Positions 20,656-31,900 of a stretch of DNA of 64,000 nucleotides are shown here, in pieces. The stretch's first letter is position 1. The number at the start of each line of letters is the position of its first letter. The stretch lies in assembly GCA_004764695.1 (NCBI GenBank), contig SMSO01000007.1:806001-870000 (forward strand), in the 5' to 3' direction. The notes below the pieces were generated by a model. It was given only the letters and a program-made list of their open reading frames with translations. It made no database searches and was not told where the DNA came from. The stretch is from Schizochytrium sp. TIO01 (Eukaryota > Protista > Bigyra: Labyrinthulomycetes). The translations under genes were made by a program, and so were the position numbers.

Positions 20656-21990
20656 TCAAGTATTTTTCTTTCCAGGGATGATAAATCGCGTAGGTAGACC
20701 AGAGTCAGGGCGTGCAACGGGCAACCAGCGGTAATTATGAATCTGATCCAAGGTTTCCCAGGTTTCAAAGTTTCTGATGAGTTCGCAGCAAATTGTTTCA
20801 ACAACAAACCGAGCAAAGGATTGACCTATGCAACAGTGTTCGCCAAGTCCATAGCTAAAGTGAAGTGGTATTGGGTCGTGTGTAGTAGTGCTCCAACGCC
20901 CTGGATCAAATTTCATGGGATCAGGAAATACCTTAGAGTCACGATTGGCAGTGAGAAAACTGCACCAAAGTTTGCTACCTGCTGGTACCGAATATCCACA
21001 GAGTGACATATCTTTAGTTGCTGTGCGACAGCAACCAATTACTGGTGGGTATAACCTTTCAACCTCATAAATTGTGTGGAGGAGAAGATCATTCTGGGAC
21101 TTCTCTGTTAAGCATACCTGACGCAACTGTGAATGTAGAATCTCATCCTGAGAGACAAGCATCACAAACGAAGCTACGATACTTCCAACAGCCTTACTTA
21201 CCATGGAACTTGTAAACATTATGTAGTGGTCAACTCTTTCCTCGCGACTAGCTAGGTTTCTCTGAAATGGACATGAAGCAGGCAAATCAGCATGCTTATC
21301 GTCTGTTGCTGCGAATTTTGCTGCGAGATGCTGCCGTGCTTCTTTCGCTTCATTAAAAGCGCTGCGTTTGCGGAATCCAAGTAGGCTAACATCCACGTTG
21401 GCGCCCGATGATACGGTTCCACGCCACATTGTTTGGTGAAGTTTCTTGAAATCATGCTCTTTCTCATCAGAACCATGATGGCAGGCGAGAAAAGACGCAT
21501 GCAGCACCTCTGCACAGAGCTCCTTTGCATAGTCATAGACCCCAATTTCAATAGTTCCGGCAGCATTAGCTTTGGCATTTGCAAGAAGTCCTTTGGCTCG
21601 TGTATGAATAGTCTCTCGAACTTTCTCTGCTAGGCCGCTGGACTCAAGTTTCTCCTTATTTGCAAAACTGCTTTCGCGCAAAGCCTTCCGCGTGGCTGTG
21701 TGATCCTCCCCATCTTGGAAAAGAACTGTGTCTCCGAAGAGACTGAGCCCCGTAAAGCTTGCGTATCCATGCTTGCTGGATAGCCCACTCGCGTCAAAGT
21801 CTTCAGTCAGCGCTGTTTCAACAGCCTTGTAGGATGCTGCAAATATCACAGGCCATTGTAGAATTCTCGAGCCAAACACTTCGCCCCGTTCTTCTAGCCT
21901 CGAACTCAAGAAGTTCTCAGCGTTGCGGCCAAACGCGGTAGTTTCGCTGGGGCTCTTGAGAAGACTCGGGACATGCACTTTTTGCGCCAT
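20656..21990 (-). CDS. Cytochrome P450 (divergent, CYP26/CYP120-like, no obvious N-terminal anchor)
   Basis: ExxR (EVER), PERF-like FDPGRW and heme motif FSYGLGEHCCIG. ATG at 21990. The family assignment is tentative. Confidence 0.9.
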   Translation of the reverse strand: MAQKVHVPSLLKSPSETTAFGRNAENFLSSRLEERGEVFGSRILQWPVIFAASYKAVETALTEDFDASGLSSKHGYASFTGLSLFGDTVLFQDGEDHTATRKALRESSFANKEKLESSGLAEKVRETIHTRAKGLLANAKANAAGTIEIGVYDYAKELCAEVLHASFLACHHGSDEKEHDFKKLHQTMWRGTVSSGANVDVSLLGFRKRSAFNEAKEARQHLAAKFAATDDKHADLPASCPFQRNLASREERVDHYIMFTSSMVSKAVGSIVASFVMLVSQDEILHSQLRQVCLTEKSQNDLLLHTIYEVERLYPPVIGCCRTATKDMSLCGYSVPAGSKLWCSFLTANRDSKVFPDPMKFDPGRWSTTTHDPIPLHFSYGLGEHCCIGQSFARFVVETICCELIRNFETWETLDQIHNYRWLPVARPDSGLPTRFIIPGKKNT

Positions 21991-22199
21991 ACCTGATCTT
22001 GCCAAGGACCTCTGCAGGTCTTCACAAGCTTAACTTGTATTCTGCCGCGCCCTTGACTGATTCTTTGGTCGTTTGGCTCGGTAGCTCACGGTGCAGGTTT
22101 CAATTGTGTTTTTGGAGTTTGGATCAATTAATTCCAAGTACCTATGCAAAGGTGAGAACTTACATAACCTCCAAATAAGAGAGACTATTCCCTTTGATT

Positions 22200-22965
22200 A
22201 GGTCTTTGTTAAGAAATGGAGCCTAGGTTAGAAAATGGAATGGCCAAGGAACCATCAAAAGCTCCAAACACTACAAGTGAAGCAAACCTGCAATACAAGC
22301 TAGCAAAGTACTTCCACGAGAAGTTTAGCGTCTCGGCAAGTGCCCTTCGGGTGCTTCCCCGAAGGCAATCGCATATACGCAAGTTACGACGTTGAGGGCA
22401 TCCATCATCTATGGCTAGGTAGCCGCGCCCTCAGTACTGGCCGAACTATTATCTACGCCAGAGTGTCCTCCGCCAAGCAAAAAGAGGACTTCAAATGCGA
22501 GACTAGCAATGGCATCGATAGAGGGGTCAACTTCAAAAGGCCGTGCTTGCGCGCCCCACGGGACTACCGAGATTCACCGCAAGCTTGCACTTTGGCTCTG
22601 TGAAAACTACGATGTTATCCTTTTGCCTAAATTTGAACGCTCAACAAGTTAGCAAGGTGGACCAAAACTGAGACAGCTCGAGTGATGTGTCGTTTGTTGG
22701 CTTCTGACAAGTGCTCATTCACAAACCCGAGGTTCCCCCGTGTGACTGGTGTAAACTAGTCATTTGCTGAGAGACTTGCACTTCAAAACCACGCAATGAA
22801 TGTGCTATCATCCACGACAAGGTCGAAACATCCAAGGTTTGGCATCCTTTTGCGCTACCTACCCAAGTGCACAATTTAAGGATTGTCTTTGAGTCGCGGG
22901 TTAGCTTTTAACCCGCGATTGGGCCTTAGCCCCACTTTGTCACCATAGGAAATGCAAATTTTATA
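22200..22965 (+). mobile_element. Non-autonomous IS607/Fanzor2-derived mini-element, copy 2
   Basis: Direct repeat of 19260-20026 starting at the same AGGTCTTTGTTA. RTIIYARVSSAKQKEDF, RGVNFKRPCL, HRKLALWLCENYDVILLPKFE, WCKLVIC*ETCTSK..NEC, ILLRYL, and the same 3' hairpin. Confidence 0.88.
22870..22965 (+). ncRNA. Putative omega-RNA scaffold / right end (copy 2)
   Basis: Same hairpins as copy 1, plus GGGCCTTAGCCC, which is largely deleted in copy 1. Confidence 0.5.
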
Positions 22966-23849
22966 TTTTAATCACTAAACGTGAGCGGCGCTCAATTACG
23001 GATAGACCGGGTTAGTGGATGTCGTACTTTGCGTACACTTGAAAGTTGGTCTGACCATCGTTAAGGGCCATGATCTGCGGTGGTAGGTATTCTATTGAAC
23101 AATTGGAGATTCTTTGCCAACTTCCTGTGATGAACTTGCATGTACCTTAGGTATATATATACAAATAAGCTAGTTACAACCAAGACATTGGACTAGTCTG
23201 AACTATCATGATCCATTGCACAAGAGAACATGGTGCCTGTTCCAAATTCTCAGACAAGTCCAAATGCCATGGCAATGCACGTTTTAGAAAGATCTAGCCT
23301 GAGACGGTTCAGGCTAGATCATAAATCTTAACAAAGATCAAATTTACATCAAGGTTGATAAGAATAGATAGAGGAAGAAAGAGTGGGGGGGTTTTAAATA
23401 GTTTTGATTTTAGTATGATAGAAGATTATGATTTTCACAAAAGTCATGTACAGCAGTGTCTGGTATTGTTTTTCATTTTTGATGTGTTGATATGTGTTTC
23501 GATTTTTCAATTTTTTTTGTATTTTTCATCATTCAAGTTGTAGTAGCAGGAGAGTTCTGTGTTTTCTGATTGATGTGGTGATTGCTTTTTTGTTTGTCTG
23601 CGTGTGCTCATGCGCGCCTCTTCAGAGAGAGGTTGTGTGTATGCATGTGTTCAGGCTTGCGAAGAAAAATCATCGCAAGGAAGGCGTGCACTGCATCACG
23701 AGACAGGGGATTAAAACAGCCTATGTGCATAGTTTTTGTGTGTATGTACGAGTAAAAACATGGGCGTTGGTGCTAGTGATGTTGCTGTTGAACAAAAGCA
23801 GATCCACAGGATCTGCACGAATGTTGAGCTGGAACATGGAGTGATAAGA

Positions 23850-25001
23850 TTACTTGCAGAGCTCAGCATCCACGAGGTCGTTGAAGGCAGTGAAGAATTC
23901 ATCCTGACCACGAGCAAGAGCAGCAGTGCGAAGGTTCTCCAAAACTGACGGCTCCGAGCGGTCACCGGGGCGAACCACCATGGAACCAATCTCGTAGAGA
24001 GTCTTTCCCTTGGCGGCAGCCTTCTTGAGGAGAACAGTGGACATCCAGACGCTAATCTGAGCATCCTCGTCAACGCCAGCCTCATTAAGGAGGTTAACAT
24101 CCGCGACTACATCGATGTCTTTGATCGCCTGGAGCATCTCCTCACTGAAAGGCTGCTTAGCCTGAGGGTAGAAGAAGATTTCGCTGGAGACATCAGCAAG
24201 CTCTTCGCCATTTACCGAGGGAAAGGCCAATGCGTGGTCAATCGGGACGAGCTTCTTACCGCTCATCATGAGGTTGCCGGCGTGGCGATCACGGTTTAGG
24301 ATACGGATGTCCAACACTCCAATGCGGTGTACATCCTCCTTGGCGAAAGCGTTGGCACCGTAGTCAGTTGCGTCCTCGCCCTCGATGTACTCCTGAGCGG
24401 ATCCCAGGGTCTCGGACTCATTATCCTCGCCACCGAGGTTGACATTGCCCATGACTGTGTTAGGGACTCCCGCAAGACCACGGTCGAGGAGAAAAGCAGC
24501 CTGCTCGTTGATAGCACCGCGAAGAGAAACCTCATCGTTTGCAGGCTTGAAAACGACCTTGCGCTGGCCCTCAGAATCCTTCAAAAAGAAGACATCCGTG
24601 GTGCCATTCTCTGCACGCTCCACAGAAGAGATATCAAGGGTGCTGAGAAGCGTGCGCATCTTATCTTGCAGGATGTGCAAGGACTCATCAATCTCGGAGA
24701 GATCATCGGCAACATCCTCTTCATCAGTAAGCTCTGCATGGCTTTCGAGATCGAGCTGGTGCTCAACGGAGTGGTGAATAGCCTCAGGCCTGTGGAAGTC
24801 CATGTGCAGCTCAGCGAGCTCTTGTTTGAATGCGTTGGGGTTAAGGAGCACGGCAAATGCCGCAGCAGCATAGATGTTTGAGTCGCGCTGGAAAGCAGAG
24901 AGATCGATCTCAGGCTGATCAAACATCGCAATGGGCAATGCGTTGGGTACAGGGCGAGTCAGGGCGGTGGCAGCCGCTGGGTTCTGAGAGAGGAGAAGCA
25001 T
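23850..25001 (-). CDS. Type II phosphatidylinositol 4-kinase gamma-like kinase
   Basis: VVFKP, EQAAFLLD, GSAQEY, VHRIGVLDIRILNRDRHAGNLM, LVPIDHALAFP, PQAKQPFS. First ATG at 25001. Confidence 0.92.
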   Translation of the reverse strand: MLLLSQNPAAATALTRPVPNALPIAMFDQPEIDLSAFQRDSNIYAAAAFAVLLNPNAFKQELAELHMDFHRPEAIHHSVEHQLDLESHAELTDEEDVADDLSEIDESLHILQDKMRTLLSTLDISSVERAENGTTDVFFLKDSEGQRKVVFKPANDEVSLRGAINEQAAFLLDRGLAGVPNTVMGNVNLGGEDNESETLGSAQEYIEGEDATDYGANAFAKEDVHRIGVLDIRILNRDRHAGNLMMSGKKLVPIDHALAFPSVNGEELADVSSEIFFYPQAKQPFSEEMLQAIKDIDVVADVNLLNEAGVDEDAQISVWMSTVLLKKAAAKGKTLYEIGSMVVRPGDRSEPSVLENLRTAALARGQDEFFTAFNDLVDAELCK

Positions 25002-26715
25002 ATTCTCGAAAAGGTAGAGACCTATGATAACACGGCACAAAACAAGGCCAGGCCCGGCCTTGAAGGGGTTGACGTCCGAAATTTTGGTTGTACTTTGAGT
25101 TGTCGGCGGTGCGAGAGCGCTTACGCTTCGCACGTCACGACTCAGAGTGTGAGTTGGCTTTTTGTGAGGGGAGTTATAGACAATGAAGAACACGCACTAC
25201 TCTGCAAGAGAGCTGCGCGTGTGAAGAAGGCAAACAAACAGCGAGAACTTTAGTAGTGCAGAAAGATAGAGAAAGCAAGAAAGATAGAGTGAAAGAGATC
25301 GCTTGGGAGCGTGAATCGCCCTCAATCGTCCTCTGCCTCCCTGTCTTCTTTCCCTCTCTACCAGTCTGGCCTATCTCGCCGCGAGTCGGGTTGACTCAGG
25401 GCACGGGCAGTGTTATGCGTGAGGTTGCGAACAAGCTAGCGAGCTAACGACCAAGTCAGCTAGCGAGCTTTCCGCGCCTCTACTCTTAAGGCAGGCTCGA
25501 CTTGAGTTCTTCTTTTGTTGCGATTGTCTGAGCTCTACCTGCTCTGCTCTGTCCTGGTTGAGCTTTTCTTCTTTTCTTCTTTTCTTTTTTTATTTACTTA
25601 CAAAGGAAAGCAGAGAGAAACACACCTTTAGTTATGGTGTCTGCTCCCAGACTTTTCTCGATGAATCCGAAGAACCGATCCGGTGCTTCCACGAGACGGG
25701 TCGGTCAGCGGTGCTGCTAACGACGGCCTGAGGGCGTTCGGGCGCGTAGTCTAGAAAGGTACGATGGCTTGCTCGGTTGGTTAGTGGTGGTGAGCGTGAG
25801 TCTTCGTGTGTGTATGTATGTATGTATATTTAGTGTATGTGCAGAGTGACGGCAGAGCTTGCTTGACTCTTCTTATAGTTGTTTGCTTGATTAATCGATT
25901 GCTTCGCTCCGTCCGTATTTACTTATTACACTACGGAAGGAAATGAGAACGATATTACACAGTTTGCAAAGAAAAGCAGAAGAATAGTTGTCGCAAGCGC
26001 TGCTGCTAGCTATTAGTATAGTCTAGCTAGTAACAGGAGGTAGTAGGTAGGTTGCACTGTCGCTGATCCTGCTGTACTGAAGTTGGGCGTGAACGTAGGC
26101 TGACTAGGAGTCCAGTAGCAGTGGTTTCGCTAAGGGTCCTAGCACTTGTAGAGCGAGGAACGAAGAGGGAATGTGATTTTAGGAAGAGAGAAAGATAGCT
26201 GAGCGAGGTCAGTCAGTCAGAGAAGGTCAACAATGAGAAACTCCCGCGGGCTGGGCTTTTGCTTCTTCCGTTATGAAAAGCTTTTGTTGTAATTGCTTTG
26301 TGCGGCCTTTGGTGTTGAATGTATGATTTCAATCCCTTGGTTTTGCTATATTAATAGATGTGTATGTGTGTGAATGTATGTATGTATATGTGTACTACAG
26401 ATGTATGTGAAGGGTAAAGTGAGACGATCGAGGTCTCAACGAGGTGCTCCAGAGCTGTGCTTAGAGAAGAAAGAGTCTCAGGCACCTTCCAATCGCCCTC
26501 GTTTCCTCAACAACAACAGCAACAGCTAAAATATGTGCTGCTACTTCTTGTTGTACTCGCAAGTCACGGGGACTGTATTAAGAACGAGGTGCGGTCGGGG
26601 AACAGCGAGGCGCCTGCTTAGGAGTCTGTTAGTGCCTCTTAGAAACCTCCCTCTTGTGATGGGACGAAGAGGCCGCGATCTGCCCTCAGATACCTCCACC
26701 ACGTTCCGATCGAAA

Positions 26716-26747
<32 letters not shown>

Positions 26748-28945
26748 CGTTGAAGAGGCGGCTGGGGCTCTGGAGTCTGGCTCACTTGCTTGTTTGCCTC
26801 TTCAGGCTCTGCCCTCGAGCAAGCTCAGGTACAAGCTTGTCGGAATGCAGTGTAATGGAAGTGGGCAAGGACTTGCGCAGCTGGAACGTCGAGCACGCGA
26901 CCAAGCCGGCTCTGCTGCACGGGGCGTCTCGCGCTCTTCTCCGGCGAGGTGACGCAGGCTAGCCGTGCCACGCAGACAGGCAGGCAGGCAGACGTGGCGC
27001 TCTCCGCTGCCCCGGCAGTCAGGCGAGCGCGCGATATAGAGAGAGAGAGAGAGAGAGAGATAGCGATGGCGAGGCCGATTTGAGATTCAAAATTTGAAAA
27101 TGCGACGCCAACAATCAAACCCTCTTCCGATCCGGTCTTCTCTCCAGGCCCGAGTCTCGCTGCAGCAACGGGGCTCGAGGTGAACGCGGGGGCGACACGG
27201 GGGGTCTGGCTTGGCGCGAGTGCGAACGGGCGGGCAGGCAGGCAGGCCGCTTCGTGCAAAGCGAGCGAGCGCAGCCGCTGTCTTTGGGGTGTCGTCGCGA
27301 ACAAGAAAGGGATTTGATTTTGCTTTGGCGAGACTCTCGCGCTCCGGCGCCCTCTAGTCCCTTCTACCGCAAACCCTAGGACCGATCTGGCAATCTAGCC
27401 GACGGACCTACCGTAAACTCTAGCAGTCTTCGCGAAACTTATTGACATTTTCAAATCTTCCTGTTCACTCTACTTTATTCTCACTTTTCTTTTTAAATTA
27501 AAGAAGTTTCCTTTTTTTCTTCTTTTTTTCTTTTTTTCTTTTTTCTTGTTGTCTATTTTCTAAATAAAAGGTGTATATTTCGAAAAGCAGCAGCAGCATC
27601 AGCAGAACTTTTTCAGGTTGGTCTTTGAAGATAGGGAATACGAGGCATGGCTATGCATAGCAGCAGCACTAGGAGGCCATCTCACAAGAGCTCCCTTCTT
27701 CTTATCCTCGAAAAGGTACAACATGTACCGTATCCTACGCGTAGCAAGTCAGGTTGCTTCTTTTACTCATTTTCAAATTGAATTTTTGTCAAATACTTAA
27801 AAACCTTTGAGAAAAAAAGTAATTTAAAAAATCTAAAAAAAGTATGCAAGCAAAGGTGCGAGAACGCGCTGGCATTGAGTAGGCTCTGCTTCAGCAGCGA
27901 CGATACGGCCACGGACCCGCAAGGATCGACGTATCGCTCATGCCTTGAGCGGCCTGACACCCTACTGCTCTCGCCCTGGCCAGCTTGAGGGCACAGCTTG
28001 AGAGCATATCTTGACCCTCTCCAACTTGGAGCCAAGACTTCGAAGCGAGGCTTTTCTTTGCCTTTTCCTCGCATGCCCTACCTTCCAAAACAGGCCAAAA
28101 AGAGAATTCCTTGCGCCGCGCCCCTCACAACAAGGATACCGTTCAGCGCACAGAAGTGTGAGCCTTTGTGAGGAGAGAGGGCGTTTTGGCCTTTTTTTCT
28201 TCTCTCTTTTTTTTTACCCTTTCTTTCATTCTTCTATCCTTCTTTTTCAATTTCTTTTTCTTTTCCTAAGGACTTTTCACGCCGCCGCTGCTCTTCTTTC
28301 TCCCTTTCTCTTCTCCTCTTCTCTTGGATGGGTCGTATCCTCACGTTGGTCGCTGCTTCTCGCTCCTCGCTTGGCTCAAGCTGCCAAAGAAGGCGCCTTT
28401 CTTCAGCTTTTTGCTTACTTTTTTCTACTATTATGCTCAGGATCAAACCAAGTTCGATCTTGCAAAAGACCGAGCAAGATAAGATGAATCCTATTTTGCA
28501 AACGACCACTTCAAGTACCGGGCAGTCCTAGTCACCCTTAAGTTTACACTAGTTAGCCAGCAGCTTGATGATAGCAGGGCTAATAATCTTCAACGAGAGG
28601 GATACGATACATTCGTGCCACTAGGTAGCACCGTCTACCGCCTCACTAGGAGTTCTCGAAGGGGTCTTATTATGTATGACTCAAATTCCTTTATGTACGT
28701 ACATCATAAGAGCTTATGGCAATTTTTATTCTTTATTCTTTTTTTACTTTTTTTTAAAATGCTTTTCTAAAAGGAGGTAGACTGCAAATTTGAAAGGCAA
28801 AAGGACGAGGACGGCGCTTACGTCAGAGTGGGAGGCACTTTTAGTATCTAAATGCACCTACCTACTGCTAGGCATCTGCTACCAGTGCTTAACTAGAAGC
28901 TAATCTGCTATTTTTGCAGGTTTCTATAAAGATATTTTAAAATTA

Positions 28946-28983
28946 TTGCATTGCATTGCATTGCATTGCATTGCATTGCATTG
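28946..28983. repeat. (TTGCA)7 microsatellite
   Basis: Direct reading. Confidence 0.9.
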
Positions 28984-31900
28984 GGTTTCTTCATAACTTT
29001 TCTGCAATGTTCTCGATTTTCGCGACTTGCGAGTTTATAACGCTCTGGGAGGAGGAGAAGAAAGGGTATGTTATGAGCCTGTAGAGTGAAATGGCCACTC
29101 GAGCAAATAATTGATATCAACAACGAAACGACGCATTATCCACATCGCTGTCAACCTTGCAAACAAATGTCATCTTATCTAACTGGATAATCGATAATTG
29201 ACTAGTTAGTTCGTTAGCAGTTAGTTACCTGGTAGGGGCAAAAATCCTTTTAGGGGACTAAAACTCATTTATGTTAGTTATCTTTTGTTATCTTTTAAAA
29301 GTTTTTATTATTTTTTTTATTAAATAGTTTTATTTCTATTTTTTTTTTCAGGTTTTACATGAAAACTATCATAAGGGTTCTCTTATGAGTTTTATTATCA
29401 TATCGGTAATCAACTACTAGGACGGTAGGTGCTAACACCATAACTGCTACATCAAGCGCAGCTGACGTGGAAGTTTGCGAAGTGTAAAGGAATCCCTGTG
29501 AGGGCGCGAAACAGCATTACTTTGATGAATTTTTCAGGATGTTGTCAGAGCCTCTTCTCTGGTTACTCTGAAACATTCTTGGGAGGAGTGTCAATGAATT
29601 TCGTCTTTAGAGTTGAAGTTCTCAGACTCAGCCACTGAAAATTTCGTGACGTCAGCACTGCCGAGAGTGAGAGGAGATATTTGCGCTCTGTTTAGGAGAG
29701 GAAGGCGCTACAGCGCCTGCGGAAGTCGAGCGTTTTCACGACAGTGGAGATAGAGGGGAAGGTTTGCATGAGAACGCGCTCGCGTGCCCGCAGCAACGCC
29801 CCTTTGAGGCTCGTGTTAGGGGACAGATTGCGTGTAGGTGAGCGAGGCGCCAGATTGAGGCGGAACGCCCTCACGGGTAAACCCCAAGGCATTCAAATTA
29901 CCCGGCGCGCTCCAGGACCCGCGTCAAGACGGCCGAAAGAGCGGTCCGGGGAATCCAGACGTGCACTGGACGTTGTTTTCCCGAGCCAAAGATCGCAGGT
30001 GAAGCGCCGCTTTTCAAGACCTTCAGCGCTTTGGGCTTCGGCATTCTTCGCTCATCCTCTGAAAATGAGCGGCTTCCACGCAACCCTGCACAGCCAGAGG
30101 CCAGAGCAAGAGTGAAAGAAGGTCTTCCAGACTGCAACTCCAAATGTCCACAGACATTTCTTCTCCAGCCACGCTGGAAGATCCTCGAAGGGCGCGCCTT
30201 CAATAAACCCCTTCAAAAGAACGAGAACACACCTTCGAAGAATGAATGAGGAGATAGATACATAGAGAGATCCATAGATAGAGATACCTCTGAAGGCGGA
30301 AAGCCGCTGCAGGAATATAGAGGAAATGTCCTGGTGATGGCTAATGCGCCGCATAACCTAAAGCCTAAGACTGCGCCTTCATGAAAACACACGCTCTTGC
30401 ACCCTCTCCCTGTGTGTAAGTTACAAGGGCTGTGTAGGACCTCTCTATTAAATTCAATAGGAGTCCCGTAAGTTCTTCGCTAACTTGGTTAGTTGGTCGA
30501 TGATCGATCGATAACTGATAATCTGAGACGATGAGACTGTGCATCGAAAGGCGAGTTGGTCGAGAAGGGCCTCGAAAGGCAGTTACAGGGCCTCGAAAGG
30601 GCCGGCTTGAGCCTGCGTTCGACCTATGCGACTGTGGAAGAGGTCGAGTTCAAGAACTTCAAAGAAAGAGCTCTCTACTACGTCAGATGAAAATGCGAAA
30701 GTCTGAGAACAACAACTTTTTACTTTTCCTTTCTTTGTAATTCTAAATTATAAAATTTAAAAAAAAAATGAAAATTAGTATAAACTTTTCCAGAAAAAAG
30801 GAAGGCCAAGTGGAAGAACGCGAGTAGCTAGATGTAGTCGACCTCCTAGTAGGCAGTAGCGATGCACACCTTCCTTAGGTAGGTAGGTAGGTCCGTAATA
30901 TGTTCCACTGGATCATTTGTTCCTCCATTCACACCGTAAGTAGAGGAGCGGCGGACCCAGTGAGAGTGAGAGGGGCTTGAGAGGGCGAGGAGCTGAGAGG
31001 ACAGTGAGGGAAAGTACTCCCGCAGAGAGGAGAAATGAGAGTTATCGATGAGAGGGGTGAGAGGGGAAAGTAAACCAGCCACCGTACAACTCAGTAGCCG
31101 TCGTATAACAACCTTTACCCACAGCCGATGGCGGAGTTGTGAGGGAGGGATTCGTTTGATTGATGGCGTGGCTCCCTCCCTCCACCTCTGTCCCTCCCGC
31201 GCACTTTACTTGAATTACTTCAATCTTCAACAACTCAATTCGATTGACCCCTTTTTTCTAGAACTCCATCCGCCCTCACCGCCGCCTCAAGGTCTGCTTC
31301 TGAAAGCAGTGCCTCCAGGCCATGACCATGGCCTGTCCCTTCTCAACAGCTCTTCGCGACGATTTCTTCGCGACGATTTCCTCGCGAGAACATTTCCTCG
31401 TCATGATCCTTTCCAACTAACCTCACTCAAAGTATAAAATAAACAACTTCAATTACTGCGGCTTTTCGAAGATAATCTTTGATAACGAAGTAACTGAGAA
31501 CAGAGGTTTCGTTTCTATGACCCTACCGCACAGCTAGCTACTTCTACTGGCGCTAGGAGTACTACCGGCTAGCTAGCGAGGGGTCTCGAGGCTTGAGTTC
31601 TCAGGAACCCGAGCCTCGAAGACCGCCGCAGCCTTGTTGAAACCGCCGACCCGCTCGCCGACCTCTCTCCCGCAAGCCTGCAGACGGCGAGCGGCGGCCT
31701 CCACGGCGCAGAGGTCCCACGCCTCGGCTTCGCTTCAAGCTTGAGGTAGGCCTGGCTGATATCCTGTGGCATGGAAATGCAATCAATGCAAGAATGGCGC
31801 CTTCGCGGGAACCCGGAAAGGGCTTGCTTTGCGCCGCTCGTGGCGTGGCACGATAGGCAGCTGTGCTCGCGACAGCGCAGGCGGCAGAGGGCTTGAAGAG

